The position numbers and the translations under genes were made by a program. This document shows positions 40,239 to 52,800 of a stretch of 64,000 nucleotides of DNA, piece by piece. Every line of letters starts with the position of its first letter. Within the stretch, counting starts at the first letter, position 1. The notes under the pieces were generated by a model. The model did not search any database. It had not been told where the DNA came from and was given only the letters and a program-made list of their open reading frames with translations. Source of the DNA: Moniliella sp. 'wahieum' (Eukaryota); contig RSEE01000032.1 of the NCBI GenBank assembly GCA_003971905.1, positions 372,001 to 436,000 on the forward strand. Reading direction: 5' to 3'.

Positions 40239-40640
40239 TGAACAAGCAGAATGCGCGGATGCTTGAACAAGCAGAATGCGAGAAGACGCCAAGTACCAGG
40301 GACGCACTCAAGAGACGTTTTTCCCCCTGGTTTTGACGACGCGAGGATACTACGGCACCAAGACGGCGAGCAAGTTGTTTGCGCATTGGAAGGAGTTGGC
40401 TACTAAGTCTCAGTGGAAATGGTTCCTCGCTCGGATGTCAACCACGTTCCTCCGTGTCCACACGCGCTTCCTAGGGTACGGGACCGGATGGCATGAGCCG
40501 GAGGGTCCTGATATCCTGGCGATCCCCCTGGTTCCTTGACCCTGGTGGCGCCCCTAAGTAACCCCCCAAGATGAACGGTTAGGTTTAGACGTAGCGTTCC
40601 CCCTGTCCCAGCCTTAAGCTCTGTCAATGAAATGGACGCA
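40239..40640 (+). mobile_element. Young 5'-truncated copy (copy 4) of the CRE/RLE-like non-LTR retrotransposon with an 11-bp TSD
   Basis: Open frame KYQGRTQETFFPLVLTTRGYYG..W..W..RMSTTFLR, resembling the C-terminus of an RLE endonuclease. AAGTTAAATCT direct repeat at 40228-40238 and 40641-40651. Confidence 0.85.
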
Positions 40641-40673
40641 AAGTTAAATCTGGTTTCGGCAACCAAGGTTCGG

Positions 40674-43600
40674 TCAGTTAGTCGAACGTTGTCCAGCACA
40701 CTTCGCCCCCTCCCCACCCACACAACAAAGCCAGCCCACACGTACCTTTGCATCCTCGAGAATGCGTTTGGCCAACAACTGGTACTGCCATGGGTTGCCT
40801 GCCACCCGTCGGAACTGCACCCCGCTCAACCTAGCAGCGGCACCCGCACCACGCATACTTCGAACCGCACCGTCATCTCTTCCAGCGTGCTGGGCGTCAG
40901 CCTTTCCTCCACCCCCTCCGCCGCAGCAGCCGCGGGAGAGGAAGTCTCCGAACCGCCCGAGGCTGGGGCCGGGGGCGGGGCAGGAGCAGGCTGCCCGTCC
41001 CCTCCGCTCGACACGGGCATCTGCATCGGCGTCTTTCGCCGCCAAGGCATACGCAATGTCGATCCCACCAACGGCGAGAAGGGCGACGAGACCGAATCCA
41101 GCTCCGGTACCACCTCGACCGGGTCCGTCGAGGCAACATCCTCGCTCGCTTGCCAGCCCAGATCCAACGTGCCACTGTCTTGGCGCCCGAGCCCAGTGTC
41201 GTCGTCCTGACTTGGGCGAGGCGAGTGGGACGCCGGTTGCGTGCCACCCTCTGCACCAGCTTTAGCGCCCGATCCCGACCCCGAGCCTGGCCCGGATCCC
41301 GGTCCGGATCCCGGCCCCGAGCCCGAGCCCAACCCAGAGGGAACCGGGGCCAAACTGGGCGCATACAGGCATTCAAACCCGCCGGGAATCGGGTGGAAGA
41401 GGACGCCCATCCGGGTCAGAGCCGCTGCCAACAACTTCTGTACTTTTTCCGGGGCGCGGGAGGAAGTGGTCTGGACACTGAACAGGCCCTTGAGGAACAC
41501 TGGTTTCGCCCCGCCGGGCGCAGCCTCGGACTCGACCGCCGCCAGCCCGCCATCCCGCGAGCTTGGCGCTGGACTCGCCTCAAGCATATCAGCGCCTGGC
41601 CCCTGGTCTGTGCCAGGCGCAGAGGTAGGCGGGGGCTCGGCAAAGGGCATGCTGATCGAGCGAGACATGAGCTGGCCCAACTTTTTGAGCGAAGCCAGAG
41701 GACCCGCTTCCGGCGCAGCAGCCACGTGCGATGCGCGGGTGCGGCGTCACTAGTAAGCGGAGGACGTCCGCTTTAGACGGAAGAGTGGAACCTGGGTCGG
41801 GGGTCATGCGAGGAATGGGCGTCAAGCTCGAGTGCATCGAAGCCGCTCTTCGTGGGGGTGAGCCCAGCAGCACCCTGGTCCATCGGAGCGAGCGTCGGTG
41901 CCGATCCATGCTCTTCGGCTTCCAAGAAGAAAGCGGGTTCAACCCACCGGCACGCCAACCGCCAAGAGTGATGCCTCGCGTGTGCCGTTCGCGTGGTGAC
42001 GAAGGAGGTTTGGCACCGCCTGTCCCAGCTCCCGTTCCCAATGGGCCGGGGGACCCGTTGCCCCCCTTGCAACGCCAATCCTAGTCCCCGCCGCCGAGGG
42101 CGTGCGCGACATGTGAGCAGACCGCACGGAGGAGAAAGAGCTGCGGCTCGGGGGCCCGAGAACGGATGCGGGGAACGAGGCGGAGCAACCATCTGATCCA
42201 ATTGGGCCCCAGCATTGCGCGAGCGCGGAGGCCCACGCATCTCCCCTACCGGACGCGAACGGTCACGATAGTCCGTGTCGAACACAGGCACACGGCTGTG
42301 CACCGGACTGGATGGCGGCAGGGGCTTTCGAAACCTGGGACGGGGTGAGAACGAGTGGTGCGAGCGGACGACGTGCTCGCCCTCGCACCCGAAGCAATGG
42401 AGAGCGCATCGCTGCTACCTGCATCCAAGCCACGAAGAGCCAAGGGCGGAGCGACGGTGATGCCCACGTCGCTCAATCCTGACATCATGCCCGGAGTGTC
42501 CAGTCCACGTGGCCATCGCATCGATTCGGACGGGCGCTGGGGCACACTTAATTCCCAAGCAGGGCCAGAGTGCAACGTAGGCGTGACCGACGAAGACGTA
42601 GGCATGCCGTCGCTTTCGCCCCCGGTGTTTCGAGGAGGCTGTGCATTCGAACCAAACCCGCTCGTCGACGGACTGGCGGGGATATCGTCAACGGTCGGCA
42701 TGCTGCTACCCATGTCGGCAGTTTGACTGCTGGCTGCAGGGAGAGCGGGAGGCGCGCTGGGTGGCCCAAGCGCACTAGGGATCCGGAGAGCGGCCTCGGC
42801 AAAGGCAGGAATGCCCCCGCTTTGTTCTTCACGCTCAAGCTTTTCGCGGACCAAGTAGTACACGCTCAACATGGGATGGAAGCCCGCTGTGGGGTCCAAA
42901 CTGGCTGGATCGGGTGCTGGAAGCTCTTGTTCCTCCGCCGTGCCCGAAGAAGCGGTGGGGGCTGCATGCATTGGAGGAGGAAGGGGCGGGGGGCGAGGAG
43001 AGGCGGAAAGACTATCTGGCCCCATTGCGTGCCCATGCCGGTTGTCCCAAGCAGCGAGAGCAGCCAGATACGCATCCGAAGTGAGGATCTCGATCAGCTT
43101 GCGCTCAATCTCCTGGGGATCGCCAAACGAAAATCCTTGCATGTGTTTCATCACACGGCTGTCCAGTTCTTCGGGCCGAAGGGGCATACGCCGCGGCAGG
43201 TGCGAGTCAGGTGGGCCGTCGTGACCTTTGGTGAAGAAAGGGTGGCTAGCCAGCTCGGGAAGCGTGGCGCGCAGTTGGGGATCGACCATCAGCATCCTTC
43301 CCAAGGCATGGCGACAATCCGACGTCAGATGAGCAGGGAACTGGACTTGACCCTGTTGAATCTTGCGGTGCAATGCCGAGACAGAAGGGTCATCAAACGG
43401 TACACGGCCCGCGACGAGGACAAAGAGAACCACGCCCAATGACCATACGTCCACTTCCGGTCCCACATAGGCCCGGGCACGTAGCAGTTCTGGTGCCGCG
43501 AAGTAGAGACTTCCACAAAACGTACGGAGGGCGCGGTGAGGAGACCATAGGTTGGCCAGACCAAAGTCAACCAACTTGACGTTGCCCGCTTCCGAGAGGA

Positions 43601-44924
43601 GAATGTTCTCGATCTTCAAATCGCGGTGCACCACATTGTTGGCATGAAGGTAAGACAAGGCACTGACAAGTTGGCGTGCGAATCGACGTGCGACGCGTTC
43701 ACGCAAGCGGCCATGGGCAATAATGTAGTCGAGAAGTTGTCCGCCCGAGACGTACTCCTCGACGAGGTAGTAGTAGTGAGGCTGCACAATTAGCTCCCGG
43801 AGGCCGCATACGTATGGGTGATATAGGAGAAGTTGCAAACTGCCCTCGCGAAGCGCACGAAGCTCCTTCGCCGCGTCTTTGTCCCGCGCCCGTGTCAATG
43901 CCCCGATCGGCGGTGGTGCCCACTCGGGGTTCGAGCCTGTCGCCTCGGCCGACGAGACAGCGTGTTTGCGTGCTTGCTCATACACGGCTGCCACACTCGT
44001 GTGACGTGGGACCATCTTAATAGCGACCTTGGTCCCCGTTGCGGTCAGCGTGGCTAGTTTCACCTTGCCCATGCTCCCAGCCCCGAGCGTTTTGCCCAGT
44101 ACATAGCCGTTGAGGACCCGTTTGGGTCTCCGCTCTCGTGTCCGCTCCCGTTCGAGCTCGGTCGCCTCCTCAGCAGAGAAGGGAGCGGGGCGGGGCGATT
44201 GGTGCTGAGATCCCACAGTGGGCGATCCCTGAGATGGAGGGGCAGATGGCCCAGGGGCAGACGCAGCATCTTGTGGGGGAGGTACTTGCTTGACTGGGGG
44301 TGGGGTCCGGTGGCGAATCTGCAACGGAGGCAACGGGGATCCCAATCGCCGTTGGGAGGCGGGCTTCGGCAAGGGTCCGGTGGGGTCCAGTGGTGGGAGA
44401 AGAGAGGCGGGTTTGGGCGAGGAAGGATGGACTAGGTCGACAGTGGAGCGATCAGCGCCGGGATGGATGCACACAGTGGCAGCTGAGACAGCGGCAGAGC
44501 ACTCGCCGCTGGCCGGGGTCGAGGACGGAGGGGATGTAAGCGAAGGTTGGACAGCAGAGCTCGATGGTGAAGGGGACACAGGTGTCGGCCCTGGTGCCGG
44601 GTCAGTAGCGGATGTCGACGCAGGCGTAAGTGCAGATGCAGATGCAGTTGCAGATGCAGATGCCGATGCAGACGCAGATTCAGGTGCAGGCGCAGACGCA
44701 GATTCAGGTGCAAGCGCAGGCGCAGGTACAGGAACGGGCGAGGTAGCCCGCGAGTGAGGGGCGGCGAGCGATCCGGATACGGTGGCCTCCCAGGTGTTGG
44801 GCGGGGTGGAGGAGGCGAGGGAAAGATCAGGCGCGGGGGACGTGAGCGGGGCGTGGGAGGGGGCAGGATAGCCGACCGGTGGTGGGCTAGGGGGCAGCGC
44901 CAGTGGAGAGTCGAGCAGGTGCAT
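40674..44924 (-). CDS. KIN1: Kin1/Par-1/MARK family Ser/Thr kinase with C-terminal KA1 domain
   Basis: LGKTLGAGSMGKVKLA, HRDLKIEN, DFG, TFCGSLYFAAPELL..YVGPEVDVWS, GFHPMLSVYYLVREK; KA1 KPVFLKGLFSVQTTS and GVQFRRVAGNPWQYQ. The last exon boundary is uncertain. Confidence 0.93.
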
Positions 44925-45586
44925 CGCCGGACGCACAGCAGCGGGGGCGGGCTCAGCTGCTAGTCCCTGGGAAGCAGCGAACGACGCGCACGGTGGCCGT
45001 GATGGCAGAGGCGGTGGCGGTGGCGGTGGTGGTGGTGGTGGCGGACGGCAGTGCGGCTGGAGTGGGGTGGTGACGAGGGAGGGGAAGGAAGATGCCGACG
45101 GCTTGGGGGCGTTGGCTGGGCGGCGGGGGGGCGCAGTGGCGCGTGCCGCCCACGAATATGACTAGCCAGTTGCAGCAAAAATCCGCTGCGGGCCGAATGG
45201 CCCGAATGAAATGTTGCAGGCTCGCGCTCTCTTTCTGCCTCTCCCCGCTCCTCCGCACAACTGTCGCCATGGCTACTACCGATGCAAGCAAGCACTCAAA
45301 TAAGCAAAAGCAGAATCCAACAACACATGGCCAAGTGAAGGGGGTGGATAGTGACGTGGGGGTAACCAACCGCTGGCCAACGGGAGTCCGCTGCCGCTCC
45401 GTCAACACCCCTCGGGGTGTGGGGGGGGGGAGGGGGCGCAGGAGTACATTCGAAAATGGAAAATGGAAAATGAAAAATGGAGAATGGGAAAAGGCGACCG
45501 GGCCATGCATCCTGGTCAGATGCAGGCTGCGCTTATTGTAAACACAGTGATGGCAAAAGTAACCAGGGACGACCAACTTCTTGCAT

Positions 45587-46018
45587 TCAAGCAATGCCTA
45601 CAAAGAGAGCGATGGCCAGGGCAAGCGACGCGGCCAATGAAAAGGGGGCACCAACTACCGTAGCGGGGCTCTTCTTGTATGCCGCCGAGGCGGTGGCCGC
45701 CAATGGGTCCGACTGGGGAGGGAAGAGGGAGGAAAGCAAAGCGGACGAATCAACACTGCTCGACGAAAGGGTATTAGTGGGTACCGAGTTGTCCACGCTG
45801 CTGGGCGGAGTGTAGGCTGGTACAGTTCCAAACGTGCCGGGGTTGCCTGCTCCCGAACCCAGCCCGCTGCTGGTGCTGGCCGCTGCAGAGGAAGACGTGG
45901 GACCTTGGCGTTTGGCGGCGAGGAGAGGGGCTGGTGGTGCGCTTGCCTCTACAGCCGCAGCGAGGGCAAGCAGGGCAAGGCCAATGGCCAAGAACACGCG
46001 CATCCCGAGAGAAGGCAT
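45587..46018 (-). CDS. Small secreted Ser/Thr-rich, probably GPI-anchored protein
   Basis: Signal peptide MRVFLAIGLALLALAAAVEA, Kex2-like KR, Ser-rich middle, and hydrophobic C-terminus FSLAASLALAIALFVGIA*. Confidence 0.7.
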   Translation of the reverse strand: MPSLGMRVFLAIGLALLALAAAVEASAPPAPLLAAKRQGPTSSSAAASTSSGLGSGAGNPGTFGTVPAYTPPSSVDNSVPTNTLSSSSVDSSALLSSLFPPQSDPLAATASAAYKKSPATVVGAPFSLAASLALAIALFVGIA

Positions 46019-46946
46019 GTGTGGGGACAGGTAGGAACAGGTGGGGCCAGGTGGGGGCAGGTGGTGGCTGGCAGCCACTGATTTGAACCTGCGCATTGGG
46101 ATCGACAGAAATGGGGCGGGGTAGCCAATGCGGGGCGAACGGGGCCTGAGCAATAGGGTTAGCGGTGTGCAATTTCAGTTTTCATCCCGGGCGGGTATTG
46201 CGTCGACTGGAATCCACCCACCTCAAGTTGGGCTTGGGGAGCGTGAGCGCGTGAGCTGCTTTAGTAGGTCTATCTGCTCATCTACTCAGGCTCAGCGCTG
46301 AGGTTCAGCTCACCGCGTCGGGGAGCATGGTCGCTAAATGGTTGGCGTAGTTTTGTGGATCGCCGCTAACAGGACCAGTTGAATGAGAGCCTGTATGCGC
46401 ACACACAAACATACTCCCTCTGGGTTATCAGAACTCATAAGAAGGACTCAACAGAGGCAGTCTGCTCGCGGAACGTGTAGGAAAGCGCGGGATGGTACAT
46501 GAATGAATCAATAGGAGGGGTGAGATGGATGGGGAGATGCGGCGGGGGAGAGGGACGAAAAGCGCGTAGGATCAGGGGACGTTCGTAAGTACCGCCCGAT
46601 CTAAAGAGGGAGGGGGAAGAACGAACCTCTGCCCCATCGAGACGCGCTAGTTGTGACCCCAAACTGGCAAAGGAGCTGTTCGCTGTGGCCAACACCACGC
46701 ATCAGTCCGCCAGGCATTTTCATATCCCACCGGGACCTTGAAGTACGGAACACTCTCCAGTATGTGGGTGAAGATGGCTAACCCGCTCGCACAGCCCGAG
46801 GGTATGAGCGCCAAATAGGGAAGGGAAAGGACGACATCGATACAAGCTCGAGAATCCGGGAGACGCAAAGATAGAAGCACCTGAATTTACACAATCTCCA
46901 CATCAAAAAGGCGCCATCGCAGTAGGGTGGGGGCAGAGGCGGAAGG

Positions 46947-47559
46947 TTAGAAGCCGCCCCACGTCCCCCGAATTCTTCGAGCGAGCTGAATATCTCGTTG
47001 CATAATGGTAACCCTCTGTGGTTGAGAGAGAGGCAAAGTCAGCAGGCCAATCAATGGGGGATAGGAGAGTGGGACGACGGACCTTGGCGTGGATGGCACA
47101 CAGATTTCTGACGGCAGCAACGAAAAGCGAGTGAGAAACGAAGGTGGTTAGGTCAATCTCCATCTCAATCAAACAGCAATGAATGCACCAAGCAACTACA
47201 AAAACTCAGAAAGAACGGACGTACGCGTCTTCGAAAAGATGAGTAAGATACGCTTCAGTCGCCTCCTGAAGTGCGAGAATGGCGGACGACTGCCATCTGA
47301 GCCCGATATCGCGTGACCCTGAGCCGGGGTAGAGAGAGCTCACCAGCTCATCCGCCACCTCGCGCACGACGCGGGCAAAGGGAAGTTTCGCAATTAGCAG
47401 ATCGGTACTGCGCTGGTACTTTCGGATCTCACGCAATGCCACTGTGCCCGGCTTGAATCTCCTTCGTCCCACATCCGAACCGCGGGGGCGGTTGGGCGGC
47501 GCGCGTCCCGCAGGGGCACGGCCTGGGACCGTCTTTTTACTGCCCGTGTAGGGGGGCAT
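46947..47559 (-). CDS. CSE4: Centromeric histone H3 variant CENP-A/Cse4 (3 exons)
   Basis: Non-canonical N-tail, [34 protein letters not shown], extended loop 1, and [13 protein letters not shown] (W instead of canonical F). Exons 47559-47225, 47107-47083 and 47015-46947 give [25 protein letters not shown]. Confidence 0.93.
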
Positions 47560-48010
47560 GACCGGGAGATGGGGAGATTGGGCTCAATGCAGGGTAAAAT
47601 GGCGGTGAGCAGCGCCTTCAGGACGAGAGAGTAAGCGAGTGGTGGCAGAGATGAGGGGACAAACGAGCGCGACGCGTCTACTCAGCTGACGACAGACACG
47701 CAGCATACAAAACGACAAAACCTGTCCGGATCTCGGAGCGCCAGCCTGGGGGCAGGGGGGAATGCCCTCACGTTGAACCGACCAGCCGCGCGACGCGTCC
47801 AACCCGCGCCCAAAACATAAAGTTTCAAGCTTCCGCTCATTGCCATGCAGCGGAATTGGAAGGTGACTCCGAACCAATTTTCCGCCCGCGGCCAACGAAA
47901 AAATTGCCACCATGGTTAAAGTGCGGCTGGGGGGGCGCGAAACCACCAACTCGCCGTGCGAATCCAGCCACCACCACCAGCCTCCTCTCCCGTTTGGGTT
48001 ATTTGGTGCC

Positions 48011-48359
48011 ATGGCGGTGCGCGTATACGACGAGTGGAGTTGGACGACATGTCGTACGACGACGCGAAGGATGTTTTCCACTTCCCCTGTCCCTGCGGCG
48101 ACCGCTTCGAGATCAGCATGGCGCAGCTGCGCGACGCTGTCGACATCGCTCGCTGCCCTTCTTGCAGCCTGATCATCCGCGTGATCTTTGACCCTGTATG
48201 TTTTGTTCTGGCATTACTTCCTGCCTAACAAGGGTTTTTCTATGTTGACTGTGGTTCACTGACTCTGGCTCTTGCGCATTCTCGCAGATGGACCTGGAAG
48301 ATGACGACGAGCCTCCAATGCTAGCTCAAGGAATGGCCCCGGTCGCTTCCACCGCTTAA
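48011..48359 (+). CDS. DPH3: Diphthamide biosynthesis protein Dph3/Kti11 (CSL zinc finger)
   Basis: [39 protein letters not shown]. Intron 48196-48288; one frameshift near the start. Confidence 0.92.
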
Positions 48360-49865
48360 TTACGGTGAAGAACAGTAACTGCTCGTACCACACATACCCC
48401 TTTTGGCCTCATTGTGGGAGATGGGATCGCTTCCAGACACGGGGCAAGCCTCACCGCTCCCTCACCCTACCTACCCAACCGATTTGTTGAAAACTGTTTG
48501 TTGGATGCTGCCTATCGCTTCTGTCCAAAACCCCATACTGGTACCGGTTATCGTATTGGCCTTCGTTTCATTACTTTATGAATTGGCTTCCTTCACTCGT
48601 GTGAGATGACGGTCAGTTCTCTACCCAAATACTAACCACCCAATCGAGAGGTACTGAATTATCCCAGCGCGGGATGAATAGCGCCGGCACCCCATGTAAT
48701 GGGGTTCCGGTTCGATGCGGATAAGAAGGATCAGAAGGAAAAGGTGGCAAGGGTGTTCAAATATGTAAGGGTGAATGAAGGCGTTAAAAGTGAGCGCCGA
48801 GCGGGAAAAGTGTTGTACATGCCAGAGATGTCCAGAGAGAAAGTAGTCCAGATGAGTCACAAGTGGCAAGAGCTTTGGGGTAGGATGGATTAGGGCAATA
48901 ATGAGCCTAAAAGTGGAGTTGTGAGTTCCCGTCCCAGCATCCTCGAGTCCTGCCCAAGATTCCAGCCACGAGAGTCGCTCAGTACTACTGACGGCACTGG
49001 CGCATCAAGATTTGAGTAGTGACCCGCAGATGTTCACAGTCCCGGCGCATTGACAAGGGGGGGCTGCACTAACCTACCTCCTGCAGATTGAAGGAATGCT
49101 GGTACGCAGACTCACGGCGAGACCAACGTTCAATTTATATGCAAGTATGGTCCCGGATTCACTGACATAGCAGCCACAAGCACAATGGTCAAAAGATGAA
49201 AATGCATATACGAAGTGGGCAGGATGTTTCGAAGAGACCCACAACCCCCTGGTGAACCGAGCATATAAAGCGGGGGACGCCAGGGGTGCATTAGAAGAGG
49301 CCACGATGTGACCTCAAACGATAAAAGTTGAACTTGAACGGAACTTTGAGACACTCTGGAGGCAGAGACAAATCACTGTTATAGAGAAAGTATTCGGTGT
49401 AGGCCAGGAAGAAAGGCACAGAGTAGAAAGAGGTAAAAGGCGATGAACGTATGAACAGAGCGCAGTGGAGCTGAAACAAAAACAAAATCGAGGTTGTGGG
49501 TTGACAACGTTGACAAGGTTTAATTGTGCCGGCCAGAAGGAAGGCCATCGAGTTTGATCGGCAAAGGAAAGGGGGGAGGGTGGTAGCAGTCGTATACATG
49601 GGCCCCATTGAATAGGGGCGAGTACCTAAAATGAGGGCAATAAGCCTCGTCCAGAAAACAAGAGACCGCACAATGCGAATTCACAAGACCGCGTCGCCGA
49701 TGAAACAGCAACTGCATCACTCAAGAAAAAAGGATTAGCATCCAACACAGCGTGAAAAAGATAGAGAAGCACATACCTTTAACATCCACTAGGGTAACCA
49801 GTACCCCTTTGTGTCCCGGGTTGGGTACATGTGCTGGAAACCAAGAAAAGGGTTGGTGCACCAAC

Positions 49866-52800
49866 TCATGCGGAGCGGCCAGACCGCAACGCTTGACCGC
49901 CAACGAGGGCAACAGGATCAGATTCCAAAGGAACTTTCGGCGACGCTTTAGTTGAGGCCGATGTGTTACGCGTGCCAGAGTTCTGCGTCTGAACTGAGGT
50001 AGAGGAGTTGCTCCCAAACAGCGATCCTGACTTCGTCCAGGAAGTGGATGAGCCTGATCGCGAAGCAGAAGCAGAATCCAACTGCAGCCGGATCCAGAAC
50101 CAGAACCAGAGCCAGAACCAAAGCCAGAACCAGATCTAGAACCAGAACCAGAACCAGATCTACAACCAGAACCAGAACCGGATCCAGATCCAGATCCAGA
50201 TCCAGATCCAGATCCAGATCCAGATCCAGATCCAGATCCAGATCCAGATCCAGATCCAGATCCAGATCCAGATCCAGATCCAGATCCAGATCCAGATCCA
50301 GATCCAGATCCAGATCCAGATCCAGATCTAGAACCAGAACCAGAACCAGATCTACAACCAGAACCAGAACCGGATCCAGAACCAGATCCAGAACCAGAAC
50401 CAGATCCAGATCCAGATCTAGATCCAAAGTCGGAGGGGGGTTGATGAGACCTAGCGTGGCGGCTGGTAGGTGGAGATGAGCGGGACGCATGGTTGCGATG
50501 ACTGACAGAGGCAGCAGCGTCTTTGGTGGGACTTCGTTCCAGGGTGGGAGCGATGGCGGAGGATGCTGTAACAGGAGCCGGAGCGAGGTTGCGAGCCGTA
50601 TGATACTTGTCCAGGATATCCTTCAACTCCCATCCAACTGACGGGGTCAACTCGGTCCCATCACGCGAAACCTTGATCTGTTTGTTGTCCCGCCACGGGT
50701 TGCGCAGGCCACGACAAACGCCAAACGGCACTGCTGCTACTTGGTCCCATGCCAGCCCAAACGGCTGCCCCACTTCCACTTCAGACCATACTGATCTGAG
50801 GCGGGCGAGCTACCCCGTCCCGCTCGGCCGAAGAGGCGTACAGAGATTTTTGGCCCTGCCGACGCCGCTGCCCACGTTCAGAAGAGGGGAGAAGGCCAGG
50901 CCGCTGTTCGGATGAAACCAAGGGAACAGTAGGCGACACGGCGCCTCCGCCTCCCTTCCTTCCGACGATGGGATGGCACTGGTCATGCGAGCATACCCAA
51001 ACCATGCGCCACTCTGATTGGCGCTAAGAAAAGATAGACGTGCTTCGAGTGGTGAAATGCTTGGTTCAACACATACTCATTATGCCGTTGGGTGCGCCAC
51101 AAACCCGTCTCGACTGAACGCTGCAGGTCCGAGAGCGAATGCGATTTGAGGATAAAGAAGCGATCGCGTAACGCTGGGTGGCGAAGGACGGCCGATGTGG
51201 TCGAAGCGTTCGAGTCGATGGAAACGATACTGCTCGTATCAGAGTTGTCGCCAGTGTCACTCAGGTTGCCCGAAGAAAATGAAGAGGAAGTGTCGGACAT
51301 GTTGCCATCCAGCTCCCGATCAGCATCCACACTGCTCCGTTTTGTGCGAAGCGCATGCCCACTTCTCGAACCGAGGGCCGGGCCAACGCTGTGTCCATCG
51401 GCCTTGAGCTGACGAAGCTGCTCCCGGTCCCACCGACGTTCCAACTTGGACTGATTGTACTCGCGTGCATACGCAACATGGTGACCCTTGTTTCGTTGGC
51501 CTGCCACGCCGGCCTCCAGTGCCTCCGATTGGTCCCGCACTCGCAGCACAAGTGGCAACTCGTCCCCTTCCTTGGGCCGGCCCAGGGGTCGAGACGCCCC
51601 AGATGCAAGTTCGGCATTTGTCCCGGACAACGGCGGACGGATGTAACGGCGCGTGAAAACGTTGGATCAATCGTGCCGGTGCGGTGGGATCGGCGGTGCT
51701 AAAATTGAAAGGCACAGTAAGAGCGCTTGATCATAAACCGACACGATCGCGCTACCAGCCCCGCCAGGAATGGGGCGTGACCACGGGCGGTGCTCCACCC
51801 TGACGAACAAGGACGGTAGGAGTGGATCCAAGCGGGCTGGTCACGTCACTCTCTTTCGCCCCGCCCTGCTTCTTGCCCTTTCCCCGTCCGCGGCCGCCGC
51901 CGGAACGGCGACCGAGGGTTGAGTGGGAATAGCAGGCTCCGAAGGCAGGCGGCCCGTCTCGAAAAAGTGCCAGAGTTGGATCGCCGTCACGTCCTTAGGC
52001 ACATTCCCACCCACATCACTTGTTCCGACTGGCTCGTCCCAGCACCCTCTGGTGGAGCTGGAGAGACATTGACAGTCGAACTAGGGAGCGGCACGCCCCT
52101 TGGAACACGAGGAGCGGCGGCATCGGCACGGGACCGATCCAAATCGGCGAGTGGCGGATCCGCCCGTGCGGAATCGGGGCATCGGTGCTGATGCTGGACC
52201 CAACGCCGGGGTGGGTGACAAGCAGCAGCAGGCGCGCCCCAATGGCGGGAAAAGGACGGTGTGAGACATGGGGCGCAGGGGAAAGCTCGGGCGGGGTAGC
52301 CAGAGTGTGGCAAAACGAGGTACGAGCCAATTGCACAGCCAGTTCGTCTTGGGATTGGATCCAGTGCTGTTCGGGGGAATTGTTTGATCTGTCGGACCTA
52401 TTCAGAGACAAGGAAGCAGCATGGTTGTCTGGGCCCAATGTTGTCCCTAACCAAGAATTGCTTGCAGAAGAAACAAGCCAGTCGAGACTCGGTGACGGAT
52501 CCGTAGAAGGATGAGGCAAGCCGTTGGAAGGCAAGTAGCCTACGCGAGATGGTGGATCAATCGGTTGCGGTGAAAGGGGTTCCTGGAGCAGACAACAAAG
52601 GTGTAAGAATGTGGTTCTTGCTTGACGCAGGAAGCTGTAAGCACGAATTGGACGCCGAGGCCCCAATAGGGCCAGGAGAAGAAGAAGCGAGAGGGGCAAC
52701 AAGCAACGGGGGAAAAAGGAAAAGAGACGTGGGAATATTAGACAACGGGCTTACCGAAAAAAGGGAAGCTTGGGACCTGGTTGGAGCTGGACTTGGGATC

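Noticed and set aside
44630..44730. GCAGAT-type repeat (and the GSGP repeat at ~41270-41330)
   Set aside because: Ala/Ser and Gly/Ser low-complexity linkers within Kin1; unremarkable.
47206..47559. Canonical histone H3
   Set aside because: It lacks the ARTKQTARK tail and has CENP-A-type W and loop-1 features.
50048..50479. SR/RS-domain protein on the plus strand
   Set aside because: It is the antisense reading of the hexamer array inside the YTH gene, with no RRM or other independent support.
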